Both the position numbers and the translations under genes were made by a program. From IMG/VR virus record IMGVR_UViG_3300032770_000005, positions 88,858 through 152,857 of that record: DNA of 64,000 nt. One strand, written 5' to 3'. Of the stretch, positions 1 to 9,353 are shown piece after piece. The DNA comes from a virus. Under the pieces are notes generated by a model that saw only the letters and a program-made list of their open reading frames with translations, searched no databases and was not told where the DNA came from. Positions within the stretch are counted from its first letter, which is position 1. Every line of letters starts with the position of its first letter.

Positions 1-172
1 GCGCTCTCGGCCCCGCCGCGCCGCCCTCGTCTCACGCCGAGGTGGTGGCGAGGATCGTGGCGAACCTGCGGGAACGAGCAGAGGAATGGAGCCGTGCCCA
101 GAGCGAGAGCGGGTACATCGCGCTTGTTGCTGCGGCAGACGCCATCGAGCGCGAGGAGAGCGGGCGGAAGCC

Positions 173-436
173 GTGAGCCCGTACCGAGAACCAGCGCCGA
201 AGGAGAAGGCCAAGATGTGGAGCAAGGTCAGTGTGTTCTGGCGCATCACCGGCGCCGCGTGGATGGCGTGGCTCTCGTTCGGCGTCGCGTTCGACTCGCT
301 CCCGACGCTGGACGAGGTGGTGCGCTGGATCGCCATCGGCATGGCCGTGACTTGGTCGTGCGTCGTATTCGCGCTGGTGGCACGCTGGATCGCCGCGGAG
401 GCGGACAAGCATGGGCGGCACGGAGACGGCACATGA
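173..436 (+). CDS. small two-TM membrane protein
   Basis: GTG start overlapping the upstream stop; two hydrophobic segments; coupled to next gene. Confidence 0.6.
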   Translation: MSPYREPAPKEKAKMWSKVSVFWRITGAAWMAWLSFGVAFDSLPTLDEVVRWIAIGMAVTWSCVVFALVARWIAAEADKHGRHGDGT

Positions 437-963
437 CTGATCTCAGGGAGATCGCCCAACGTTCGGGGCGCACCGCCATCGACCGCGGCTTCGAGCCGCC
501 TTCGTGGACGAACTACCCCGTGAAGATGATGGGCGTGGTGACCGAGATCGAAGAGGCCATCGCGGCGCTGGAGGCCGAGAGCCTCACGGATGCAGGCGAA
601 GAACTCGCCGACATCGTGCTGCGCGCCACCGACATGCTCGAAACGGTCTGGGGTGCCGACTGGAGCGCGTCGCGCATCGAAGATCGTGAGCCCATGACCA
701 GGCTGCTCATGTGCGAGCCGCGCATGGCCTTCGCGCCGCACATGAAGATGGTGTGGAAGAGCATCCAGTACTGGCGGCAGACGCTCGATCCGCGAGATCC
801 GGCTCGCGGCGTGGACACGCGCATCGCGCTGGAGCTGATCGTACTGGAGACGTTCCGTCTCGCAGACCGGCTCGGCGTCGACCTCATGCTCGTGATGTCC
901 GCGAAGCTCGACTACAATGCGCAGCGGCCGAAGCTGCACGGCAAGGTCCAGGCGTCGTTCTAG
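433..963 (+). CDS. MazG-like nucleotide pyrophosphohydrolase
   Basis: VVTEIEEA...EELADIVLR motif and C-terminal AKLDYNAQRPKLHGK typical of phage MazG-like proteins. Confidence 0.7.
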   Translation: MTDLREIAQRSGRTAIDRGFEPPSWTNYPVKMMGVVTEIEEAIAALEAESLTDAGEELADIVLRATDMLETVWGADWSASRIEDREPMTRLLMCEPRMAFAPHMKMVWKSIQYWRQTLDPRDPARGVDTRIALELIVLETFRLADRLGVDLMLVMSAKLDYNAQRPKLHGKVQASF

Positions 964-980
964 CATCCAGAGAGGCGATC

Positions 981-2066
981 GTGACCAAGCTCTCCAAGAA
1001 GCCCACGTATCTAGGATGTAAACAGGGTCCCACACTCAGTCACGTTCGTACGGAGCCATGGGTATGCCGGCGGTGTGGAAAACAGGCATGCGCGCGCTGT
1101 GTCAAGCACTTTTGGAAGAGTTTAGGCGGTCACACCGAGCCAGAAGCCTCCGGGGGTTGGAGATTCGTGGGCCAACGAGTGGCCACATGCGCAACGTGTT
1201 CGCATGAGCTTGCGCAGACCAAGAAGACGATACGTAGCAACGTGCTCCTCGCCAAGCCGCCGAGAGTCGTCCATCGCCTCATCGACACGCGCGGCTTCCG
1301 ACGTCTGTTCGGCCGAGCACCACGCGACTCCGACTACGAGGGCGTGCACACGACGGGCAGTCGGCTGATCGCCGGCGCGTACGCGATGAGCAGCTGGCAC
1401 GACCCCCGCAGCTATCCCCGCGGCTACCCAGTCATCGTCACGCTCGACGTGAGCGGGCTCAAGCCGCTGCCCGACGTCGACGCCCTGCTCTTCGGCGCCC
1501 AGGCCGTCGCCGACCTCTTGCCGCAGTACCGCGAACGCGCCGCCGCCGGTGAGACCTTCTACGCGATGCTGAACGACGACGACTTCTCCGAGGCCGAGGT
1601 CCAGGTCGGCGACGATCCCGCCGCCTTCATCTTCGAGGACGTCGGTACGCATGTGCTGAACGCTATCGATGGGGAGCGAGACCCAGAAGCGGTGTTCCGG
1701 GAGTTCCTCAAGACCGGCGCGCTGCCCGACAGCGTGCTCACGCGTCTGGTCGATCAGCAGCGCTATCTCGACGACTTCGACCTCGACCGCGTCGTACGCG
1801 TCGAAGCGCTGCGTCCGTGGTGGCACGAGGTGCTGCACGCTGATGACGAGATGATTCCGGCGATCGAACGGAGCGGCTACACGGTCTTCACGATCGATGA
1901 CTGGCCGTTCACCGCTGTCGGCCCGACCAAGACGGTGTGGCAGGCGCCGGACGCCGAGGCGCGCGAGGACGTCGAGTACCACGGAACGACGAGCATCGTG
2001 ATCTCGCTGGCGTTCCCTGGGCTCATCCCCGAGAAGTCGCCGTTTCCGATCGAGCAAGACGAATGA
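981..2066 (+). CDS. Cys-rich N-terminal domain fused to a possible ADP-ribosyltransferase-like domain
   Basis: CxxC pairs N-terminally; GVHTTGSRLIAGAYA, PVIVTLDV and C-terminal YHGT elements resemble ART-fold motifs. Confidence 0.4.
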   Translation: MTKLSKKPTYLGCKQGPTLSHVRTEPWVCRRCGKQACARCVKHFWKSLGGHTEPEASGGWRFVGQRVATCATCSHELAQTKKTIRSNVLLAKPPRVVHRLIDTRGFRRLFGRAPRDSDYEGVHTTGSRLIAGAYAMSSWHDPRSYPRGYPVIVTLDVSGLKPLPDVDALLFGAQAVADLLPQYRERAAAGETFYAMLNDDDFSEAEVQVGDDPAAFIFEDVGTHVLNAIDGERDPEAVFREFLKTGALPDSVLTRLVDQQRYLDDFDLDRVVRVEALRPWWHEVLHADDEMIPAIERSGYTVFTIDDWPFTAVGPTKTVWQAPDAEAREDVEYHGTTSIVISLAFPGLIPEKSPFPIEQDE

Positions 2067-2623
2067 CCGGGCGACGAGGCGACCCGTCGTACACGCCGCC
2101 GACCGACGAGGAGCGACGCCTCGGCTACTACCTCGACTGCGTCAGCTGCGGCCGCCCGTGGGCGCTGCGCAGCTGCGTGCCGCACTTGCATCGCTGCCGC
2201 TCCTGCGCTCGCTCGTGGTGGCGCGACTACCGCCAGGCGGCGCGCCAAGGGCTGCCGCGGCCGAGCCTGCTAGGGCAGATCGCGCCGCATCCCTTCGCCT
2301 CGAAGGCGCTGAACCGCACGGTCGATCTGAACGCTCCGGGGCTCCTCGACCTGGTCGAGCAGGACCCGAAGTTCGCGAAGGAGCTGGACGCGTACATCGC
2401 CAGCCTGCGGCACGCCGACAGCAGCAAGCCGCCGCTGCGCGGCGCGGCCCTGAGCCTATCGGGACGGCCGCGTCGCCGCGCCGTGCGCGTGCCGCTCGAT
2501 GAAGACCCTACGCCCGAGCCGCCCATCTCCCGAGCGGCAGCCAAGGAGGTCGAGCGCCTGGTCGACGAGGTGCTCGTCGGCGACGTGATCGATGCCGGAG
2601 CGGTGCCGCGTCGGCGCGCGTGA
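2063..2623 (+). CDS. Zn-ribbon hypothetical protein
   Basis: CVSC...CRSC; ATGA coupling to upstream gene. Confidence 0.55.
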   Translation: MTGRRGDPSYTPPTDEERRLGYYLDCVSCGRPWALRSCVPHLHRCRSCARSWWRDYRQAARQGLPRPSLLGQIAPHPFASKALNRTVDLNAPGLLDLVEQDPKFAKELDAYIASLRHADSSKPPLRGAALSLSGRPRRRAVRVPLDEDPTPEPPISRAAAKEVERLVDEVLVGDVIDAGAVPRRRA

Positions 2624-2848
2624 GAGGCCTGCGCGGGGGCATGGTGCTCGCGACGCGCTCGCGACGAACCACGAGAGCCGGCGACGCGCCCATCCCGAAG
2701 CCAGCGCGGGGGCTTCGTGCCTGCGACTCGTGACGGAAGTTTCTCGTGGCTGACCTGTTGCATTCTGTCGAAAGGCCAGCGCGGAGGCTCTCATGTCCGC
2801 GACATGCAGTTCCACGACTGAGCCAGCGCGAGGGCTTGTGCTCGCGAC
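2619..2848 (+). CRISPR. mini-array A: 4 degenerate copies of the 36-bp CRISPR-like repeat
   Basis: copies at ~2619-2654, 2692-2727, 2767-2803, ~2813-2848 matching GTCGCGAGGCCAGCGCGGGGGCCGTGTGCCTGCGAC; spacers ~37, 39, ~9 nt. Confidence 0.75.
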
Positions 2849-2921
2849 GGTGTCACGTTCACTGGCGCTTCTGCGACGCGATGCCCGCTAGCCGACGTCC
2901 GGCGCCCATGCGACGATCGCG

Positions 2922-3335
2922 GTGATGTTGTCCAACGGCAGCAGCTCCTCCTACGGGTCCAACGCGTACAACACCGCGTCCAACGCGCCGTACACGACTG
3001 GCACATGGTCCCGGTTCTACGACAACGGCGGCACGACCTGGTCTCGACAGCCGCCTCGCGTGGCCGACCGCAGGCTGAGCAAGGTCGGCGAGCGCATCCA
3101 CCAGCGCCTCACGGAGATGGCCCGCCAGCTCGACCTGACCATCGACGAAACCGCCGTGCTCATGGAGGCCGAGGTCGCACGTCAGCATCGCGCGCTCCAG
3201 CTCCGCACGCTCGGCGTCGAGTGCCAGAGCACGCAGGCCCGGGCGACCGCTCGCCGACACCAGCGCCCAGCCGCGCCCACGGCCCAGGCACAGGCCGCGC
3301 TCTCCGTCAGGCGGTTCGCGCAGAGGGTGCGCTGA
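2922..3335 (+). CDS. hypothetical protein
   Basis: ORF coupled (TGATG) to next gene. Confidence 0.5.
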   Translation: MMLSNGSSSSYGSNAYNTASNAPYTTGTWSRFYDNGGTTWSRQPPRVADRRLSKVGERIHQRLTEMARQLDLTIDETAVLMEAEVARQHRALQLRTLGVECQSTQARATARRHQRPAAPTAQAQAALSVRRFAQRVR

Positions 3336-4276
3336 TGCGCAAGAACCCGCGGCCGCCCCTCGCTCCCGACTTCGACGAGCTGGTGCGCATCTGGTTGCAG
3401 CGCCGCGACGACTTCAAGCTGTGCGCCGAGCTGTCGAACGTCGCGCCGCCACACTTGAGGATCTGGCCCGAGAAGCGCGGCTACGGATGCTTCGCAGAGG
3501 TCAGCCCGACACACAAGCGCGTCGTCATGTACCGGCGCGGCTTCCTCGACCGGCCCACCGACATCGCGGCGATGGCCTTGGTCGCCGAGACGGGGCTGCT
3601 GGACGACTACGAGATCTTCGAGACCGACGAGGTGACCAACGAGCTGGTGCCCGTAGGGCTCACGATGCGCTCGCTGCTCTCTGCGATCCACGAGGTGCAG
3701 GAAGAGAGCATCGTCCGACACGATCCTCGAAGCGATCTGCCCGACGAGCCGCGCACGTTCAAGTACCTCGCGCGGTACAGCCCGCAGGAGATGGAGTGGT
3801 ACCACGCGACGCTCGCCTCCCGCGTGCCTTCAATCTTGAAGCACGGCCTGTTGCCGTCCTCGCTCCAGGAAGGGCGGGTCGAAGGCTGGTCGCCTAGCTG
3901 GAACTTCGGCCTCCAGCCGGCCGTGTACCTCACGGCCTACGAGGACCGAGCCGCGAGGATTGCCGAGACGCTGGCGCTGCGCAACGCGGAGCCCGCGACC
4001 CTGCTGGTCGTCGACGGTGCGGGCCTGATCGACACCAAGCTCCTCACCTACGACGAAGATGCTCTACGCAACGAGTTCTCGTCGTACCCGTACTACGAGC
4101 ACTACGACCAAGCCTTCCCGCAGTGGGTCACGAGCGCCGAGCATCGCGGCACCGAGTCCATCGCCTACCTCGGCCGCATCGGGCCTTCCGCAATCCACCC
4201 GCTCGCCACCGTGCGCCTGGTCGAGCACGATGGCGAGGTCGATCTGGAGTGGGACGATGAGCAAGACCGAGACTGA
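3335..4276 (+). CDS. ADP-ribosyltransferase-fold protein (Tpt1/KptA-like)
   Basis: WYHAT..SILKHGLLP, AVYLT, LLVVD, YLGRIGPSAI follow the H-x-T ART pattern; starts MRKNP. Confidence 0.65.
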   Translation: MRKNPRPPLAPDFDELVRIWLQRRDDFKLCAELSNVAPPHLRIWPEKRGYGCFAEVSPTHKRVVMYRRGFLDRPTDIAAMALVAETGLLDDYEIFETDEVTNELVPVGLTMRSLLSAIHEVQEESIVRHDPRSDLPDEPRTFKYLARYSPQEMEWYHATLASRVPSILKHGLLPSSLQEGRVEGWSPSWNFGLQPAVYLTAYEDRAARIAETLALRNAEPATLLVVDGAGLIDTKLLTYDEDALRNEFSSYPYYEHYDQAFPQWVTSAEHRGTESIAYLGRIGPSAIHPLATVRLVEHDGEVDLEWDDEQDRD

Positions 4277-5597
4277 GGACGCGCAGCTGCAACTCGTGGG
4301 CGATGCCCTCCTCCGGTTCGCGGCGGAGTTCCCTGGTCGCGTCTTCACGAACGCGTACACATGGGTCTGGGGCGCCGGCAGATACGTCTCCATCCATGGC
4401 GCGCTCGTGGGCAGCGCACGCAAGGTCGCCGCCTACTTCGGTCACATGGCGACCATGAACGAGGAGCACGAGTTCGGCATGAGCGGCCAGGTGCTCGATC
4501 ACATCGCTCGCCGCGTGTTCGGCGCCGACGCCGACATCTTCCGGTACGAGCGCCGTGTGCACCTAGCAGAGTTCCTCCAGCGCCTGGCGAACCTGATGCC
4601 GGAGGAGGCGACGCTGACCTTCATCCCCGACGGCGGCTACCCGTGGCCCGTCGATCGGTACTGGAACGCACGGCTTGAGCGGTTCGTGCGGCCCAAGGAG
4701 CCCGCGGGGCTGATCCACGTGCCGTCGCGCGAAAACCCGACCAAGACCGAGCTGGGGCTCGATCCGTGCACGGTGTTCGAGGCAGATCGCGATACGCCGG
4801 TCTCTCCGTACGACCCGGTGATGGGCAGCCTTGGCGGCGATCCTCTCATGGCCGCGCACTCGATGGACCTCCACGAAGGGCCCACCATGGCCAACGCACC
4901 GAAGATTCGGCAATGCGGTGGTCTGCTGTTCCCGTCGCTCTCGGTCGGTCCGGTCCCGGCCTCGAACTTCGGCCACGCATGCCTCGTGGCTCGCCTCAGC
5001 CTGGTGCTCGACGGCCTCAAGCCCTACCGCAAGCGCGGGACTGAAGAGCAGGTCTGGATCTACCCGACCGACGTGTGGACTGGCACCGTGACGCAGTTCA
5101 TGACCTCGATGGCCAGCGACCTGTTCGACGAGCTGCACGGTCACGCCGACTACGTCTACGGGCATGGCCTGACGGTGCTGGGGATCCCGGCGGTCGAGTA
5201 CGGCGGTCCTTCCGGCGGTGCGGAGGCGTTCGACTCGACGAGCCAGCTCAAGCGGACCCTCAAGAAGCGCATGGTGCGATGGATGCGGGTCTGCAACGAG
5301 CGCGAGTTCGAGGAACTGGCGCACGAACTCGGCGGCACGGGGGCGTACTACGCCTACTGCGAGGCGAAGGGGCGAACGGTCGTCTCGCTGAGCGAGTTCC
5401 CGTACCTGATCGTACCGGACTGGATGCGCGACAAGGCGGAGCACTGGGCGCAAGCGGCGGGGTTCGAGGGGCAGATCGTAGCGCCGCAGTGGCCGTACAC
5501 GCTCGACAGGGGCGGCGGAAGCTGGGACATGTGGCAGTGGGCTCTGAAGGTGAGCGAGACCGTCGCCGGTCTACGCCCGGTCGTGGAGGTGCGCTGA
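4257..5597 (+). CDS. two-domain protein; C-terminal domain resembles a large-polyvalent-protein domain
   Basis: LMAAHS..GGLLFPSLSV..NFGHACLV..IYPTDVWT pattern recalled from MGE polyvalent proteins; apparent boundary at SRENP. Confidence 0.45.
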   Translation: MSKTETEDAQLQLVGDALLRFAAEFPGRVFTNAYTWVWGAGRYVSIHGALVGSARKVAAYFGHMATMNEEHEFGMSGQVLDHIARRVFGADADIFRYERRVHLAEFLQRLANLMPEEATLTFIPDGGYPWPVDRYWNARLERFVRPKEPAGLIHVPSRENPTKTELGLDPCTVFEADRDTPVSPYDPVMGSLGGDPLMAAHSMDLHEGPTMANAPKIRQCGGLLFPSLSVGPVPASNFGHACLVARLSLVLDGLKPYRKRGTEEQVWIYPTDVWTGTVTQFMTSMASDLFDELHGHADYVYGHGLTVLGIPAVEYGGPSGGAEAFDSTSQLKRTLKKRMVRWMRVCNEREFEELAHELGGTGAYYAYCEAKGRTVVSLSEFPYLIVPDWMRDKAEHWAQAAGFEGQIVAPQWPYTLDRGGGSWDMWQWALKVSETVAGLRPVVEVR

Positions 5598-7033
5598 TGT
5601 TGCTGCAAGACGCTACGTCGGAACGGGAGGTCGAGGAAGTGCTGGCCGGCGCGCGTGGCGACGAGGAAGCCGCCGAGCTGCGGACCGACATCGAGACCGA
5701 GCTGGACTACGCCATGCGGCGGTTCGACGAGCACTTCTACAAGTACGTCGAGCCATCTGAGCCGACGGAGCTGCGGGACTTCGTGCAAGACAACGATGGA
5801 TTCATCGACGAGCTAATCAGCGACAGCGCGCAGACCACGTACGACCTATCGATCGTCCCGCGTGAGGACGTGGTCACCGCGGTGCGCTGGGAGGTGACGT
5901 CGCGACGGTCCTCATACAAGCATAGGTTTGGGATCTTCGAGTTGGGCGAGCCGCGAGACGTCGACGCATCGGGCTTCAGCTACGACATGCCCACCGAAGC
6001 GAACGTCGTCTTTCCCGACAGGCTCCTGCCGACCAACTACGAGTTCGTGCCACGCGAGATGGCGACGGAGTTCTGGAAGGGCATTGCGCATGACCACGAC
6101 ATCGAGTGGTACGGCGACACGGACCGGTTGGGTGACAACCAGGGCTCGATGCCGGGCGAGCCGCTCCGTATCGGCGTCGCGGAAGATCGCTTCGAGGAGT
6201 GGTGCCGCGACCTGATCGCCGAGCACGCGAACAAGATCGCAGAGCAGCATCCGGACCAGCTCATCGAGATGTTCTGGACTCGGCTCCGTCAATCCGATGT
6301 CCGGATGGCAGCCGAGTTCAAGGCGATGCAGCCGCGGCGGGAGGACGTGCTCGACCTGGCCGTGCAGTGGATCAGCGGCAACCACGACGATGTCGCCGAG
6401 GAGATCGCGCAGTACCTCGACTCGGCCAAGGAGCGCGGGGAGGCAGAGAAAGCGGAGTACGAGCCCGTCGACTCGCTCCTGACCGGCGAGCCCATCGTGC
6501 TCAACGACGACGTGCTGCGGCAGCTGGGCGTCACGAGCGGCGTGTTCTGGGAGGAGCGCCCGTGGCACCTCGTGAGGCTCGAAGCGCGTGACCTAGGTCG
6601 CGAGGGCCGGCAGATGCGGCACTGCGTCGGCGACAAGGGCATGGGCTACATCCGTGCGCTCAACAACGGCGAGATCGAAGTCTGGTCTCTGCGCTCCCGC
6701 GACGACAAGCCGCGGTTCACGCTCCAGGTCGACGCGTCGTTCTTCGCGAAGGGCGCGACGCCAGAGACGCGCGGCAAGGCGATCCAACAGGTCAAGGGCA
6801 AGGCGAACCGGGTGCCGGGCTATGCCGACGCGTACGGCCGCTCGGGGAACGTGAAGTTCCCGGAGGAGATCGTCATCTGGAGCTGGATCTTCGAGCAGCT
6901 CATGGTCGATCCGCTCGTCGTCGAAGACTTCAAGGGCTACAAGGCGCTTCCCTCGCGTGCTACGCCGCTCGCGTCGAACATGACTGGCCAGCAGTGCGTG
7001 GGCTTCGATCTGCCGTACCGACCGCTGCGATGA
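5597..7033 (+). CDS. PcfJ-like domain protein
   Basis: LGREGRQMRHCVG..YI..VWSLR..PRFTLQV..IQQVKGKAN PcfJ signature. Confidence 0.7.
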   Translation: MLLQDATSEREVEEVLAGARGDEEAAELRTDIETELDYAMRRFDEHFYKYVEPSEPTELRDFVQDNDGFIDELISDSAQTTYDLSIVPREDVVTAVRWEVTSRRSSYKHRFGIFELGEPRDVDASGFSYDMPTEANVVFPDRLLPTNYEFVPREMATEFWKGIAHDHDIEWYGDTDRLGDNQGSMPGEPLRIGVAEDRFEEWCRDLIAEHANKIAEQHPDQLIEMFWTRLRQSDVRMAAEFKAMQPRREDVLDLAVQWISGNHDDVAEEIAQYLDSAKERGEAEKAEYEPVDSLLTGEPIVLNDDVLRQLGVTSGVFWEERPWHLVRLEARDLGREGRQMRHCVGDKGMGYIRALNNGEIEVWSLRSRDDKPRFTLQVDASFFAKGATPETRGKAIQQVKGKANRVPGYADAYGRSGNVKFPEEIVIWSWIFEQLMVDPLVVEDFKGYKALPSRATPLASNMTGQQCVGFDLPYRPLR

Positions 7034-7068
7034 CGGCCGTTGGCATGTGAGCAGTGCAGGTGCTATCG

Positions 7069-7375
7069 CAGCATGCGCCAGCGCGAGGGCCTGGTGCTCG
7101 CGACCAGGCCTGAAGAGCCCTGCGGTCACGAAGCCTGCGCAGGGGTCTCATGCCTGCGACGAGGAGTGCCATGCCATCCATCATCTGCGGGACCTGCTTC
7201 TGGTTGCAGGGCCAGCGCGGGGGTCTCATACCTGCAACGAGAGCATCGAACGATGGAACGCTCGGAGGCGTGAACGTCCGAGGCCGGCGCGAGGGCCTGG
7301 TGCCTGCGACCTGTTCTTCCGCTGGTGGAGAACCGCATCGTCGCGAGCACCAAGCCCCCGCGCCGGCCTTTCGAC
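7069..7375. CRISPR. mini-array B: 4 repeat copies in + orientation and 1 in - orientation at the convergence of two operons
   Basis: + copies 7069-7104, 7125-7160, 7203-7238, 7275-7310 (spacers 20, 42, 36 nt); inverted copy 7340-7375. Confidence 0.75.
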
Positions 7376-7396
7376 CGAAGTACCCGAGAGCACGGC

Positions 7397-8170
7397 TCAG
7401 CGCGTCATGACCTCTGCGGTCTTGGCCAACGCGCCGTCGATGTCGTCGAGCAGCTTCGCGAGGTGCTCTCGTTTCGACCGCAGGGCGCGTAGCTCCGCAT
7501 CAACCCGACCATCCGCCGCCAACAGCGCCAGGGCACGGCGCACGCTGTACGGTTCGTACATGAGCGTCGCGGGCTCGACGTCGAGCGCCAGCGCCAGCGC
7601 ATCGAACGCATCGGCCTTCCTGAGCCGCTCTTGGACCTCAGCCATCTTCACGCGTACTCGCGCTTCGATCTCCGCTTCTCGCCGACGCGCCTCCTCCTCA
7701 TCGATCTCCGCCTGCGGCCGCGGCTGGTGCGCTTGCTCCAGGGCGCGGCGCAAGAGGTTGATGACGATCTCCCGCGGCAGCGGCTCGGCCTTTCGTTTCG
7801 CCGCCTGCACCGTGACCTTCAGGCCGCGAGGGCCGAGCACCATGAGCCCCCAGCCATCGGGCAGCTCGTCGCGGCGCACGACCTCGTCGCTGCCGGCTAC
7901 GATCCACCAGCGCTCGCAGTAGATGGCCATCGCCTCGGCTTTAGCGGGGTCCGCCAGCTCGCGCAGCCAGTCGCTCCGGCTCGCCTTGATCTCGAACCCC
8001 TGCATCCCGTGCCCACGGCTCTTCCAGATGCCGAGCGCGACCGCGTCGCAGCTGCGCGTCGCGTAGAAGCTGGTCCGGTCACGCACCTCTTCCAGGAAGG
8101 CCCAGCTCGGCCACGAGTACTTCTTCCGTAGCGCGTCGACGATCGGCGAGTTGCTGATGTAGTACTTCAT
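7397..8170 (-). CDS. PD-(D/E)xK nuclease (MmcB-like) with coiled-coil tail
   Basis: EEV..CDAVA..GFEIKASRSDWLREL. Confidence 0.7.
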   Translation of the reverse strand: MKYYISNSPIVDALRKKYSWPSWAFLEEVRDRTSFYATRSCDAVALGIWKSRGHGMQGFEIKASRSDWLRELADPAKAEAMAIYCERWWIVAGSDEVVRRDELPDGWGLMVLGPRGLKVTVQAAKRKAEPLPREIVINLLRRALEQAHQPRPQAEIDEEEARRREAEIEARVRVKMAEVQERLRKADAFDALALALDVEPATLMYEPYSVRRALALLAADGRVDAELRALRSKREHLAKLLDDIDGALAKTAEVMTR

Positions 8171-8182
8171 GAGCCAGTCCGG

Positions 8183-8443
8183 CTAGTGCCCAACGGCAAG
8201 CAACCAGCCCCATCCGGCCACGTAGAGTCTCGTGCCCGAGTAGAGCACGACCTCGTACCACTCGTAGTCGAGGTGGCCTTGAGGATGTGGGCCACAATCC
8301 GCACGCTCGATGCGACCGAGCTGTCCCGCGTACGGACCGCAAGCAACACGCACCACATCGCCTGTCCGAAACGATGCCCCGGTATCCGCCGGTCCGAGCA
8401 GCTCTCCTGGATCGTACAGATCGAACATCGTCGTAGTGATCAT
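8183..8443 (-). CDS. small KOW/SH3-like protein
   Basis: FRTGDVVRVACGPYAGQLGRI. Confidence 0.5.
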   Translation of the reverse strand: MITTTMFDLYDPGELLGPADTGASFRTGDVVRVACGPYAGQLGRIERADCGPHPQGHLDYEWYEVVLYSGTRLYVAGWGWLLAVGH

Positions 8444-8447
8444 GCCG

Positions 8448-8780
8448 TCACCGCTCGCAGACTTGACGATCTAGAGCCGCACCTACAGCCGCTCGAAGCG
8501 CACGACATGCCTCTTCCAAGGCGCTGGTGTTGGCGTCGCGGTCGTCATCGCCGGTCGTAAACCAAGCCATGGCGGCTCGAACGACCGCGCGCTCCGCATC
8601 GGCCACGCTCAGCAACGGAATGTGCTCGACCCAGCTGACGTGATGAACACGGTAGAGCCTTCCCAGGGCAAGACCTCGCCACTCGATCTCGACCTCGTCT
8701 CCCCGCACGGCCACGACCGTGCCCGTGTAGGACTTCTGCCCCACGTCGCGAACGTCGTCACCGACCTTGAACTGTGTCAT
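8448..8780 (-). CDS. SH3-like hypothetical protein
   Basis: MTQFKVGDDVRD..GTVVAV. Confidence 0.5.
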   Translation of the reverse strand: MTQFKVGDDVRDVGQKSYTGTVVAVRGDEVEIEWRGLALGRLYRVHHVSWVEHIPLLSVADAERAVVRAAMAWFTTGDDDRDANTSALEEACRALRAAVGAALDRQVCER

Positions 8781-8793
8781 CTGCCGGCCCCTT

Positions 8794-9060
8794 CTACTTG
8801 GTGCCGCGCTGGATGGCGACGAGCGCAGCCGCCTTGATGCTCTTGAGCTGCTCGCGCTGCATGAGGCGCACGAGCGCGGCGTAGGTCGCGGCATCGACCT
8901 GCACGCCGATGGTCTTCACGGTACCGACGGCGGGCACCTGGCCCTTCGGCGTCGATGGCTGACGAGCGGGAGCGTGGGTCTCTTCCATGGGCGACTCCTT
9001 GAGCGCGGCACGCTCGGCTTGCAGTTGGGCGAGGTGACGTTGGATCTGTTCGAGCAGCAT
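8794..9060 (-). CDS. possible ribbon-helix-helix DNA-binding protein
   Basis: C-terminal KTIGVQVDAATYAALVRL. Confidence 0.45.
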   Translation of the reverse strand: MLLEQIQRHLAQLQAERAALKESPMEETHAPARQPSTPKGQVPAVGTVKTIGVQVDAATYAALVRLMQREQLKSIKAAALVAIQRGTK

Positions 9061-9062
9061 GG

Positions 9063-9353
9063 TCAGACAGGCGTCCGGCGAGTCACAGCAGCTTCACCAG
9101 CCTCTGCCGGAAGCTCCGTGGCGAGTGTCACCACCTGCCAGTCTTCCGCCAGATAGTCTTCGGGCTTGAAGGCGCTGCGACACGTCACAGAGACCCATGC
9201 CCACTTGGTCCATGGGCTCCGCCCCTGCGAGCGAAAGAAGAACCCGCGCTCGTCGTAGCCGAACGCGTCGAGGCGCTTGAACGTGTTGTCCATCCCCGAA
9301 CGGTTCACCAGCTTGCCCGCGAGCATCTCTCGGACTGCTTCGACAAAGGTCAT
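9063..9353 (-). CDS. Tad2/DUF2829-like protein
   Basis: MTFVEAVREMLAGKLVNR...EDYLAEDWQVV. Confidence 0.55.
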   Translation of the reverse strand: MTFVEAVREMLAGKLVNRSGMDNTFKRLDAFGYDERGFFFRSQGRSPWTKWAWVSVTCRSAFKPEDYLAEDWQVVTLATELPAEAGEAAVTRRTPV

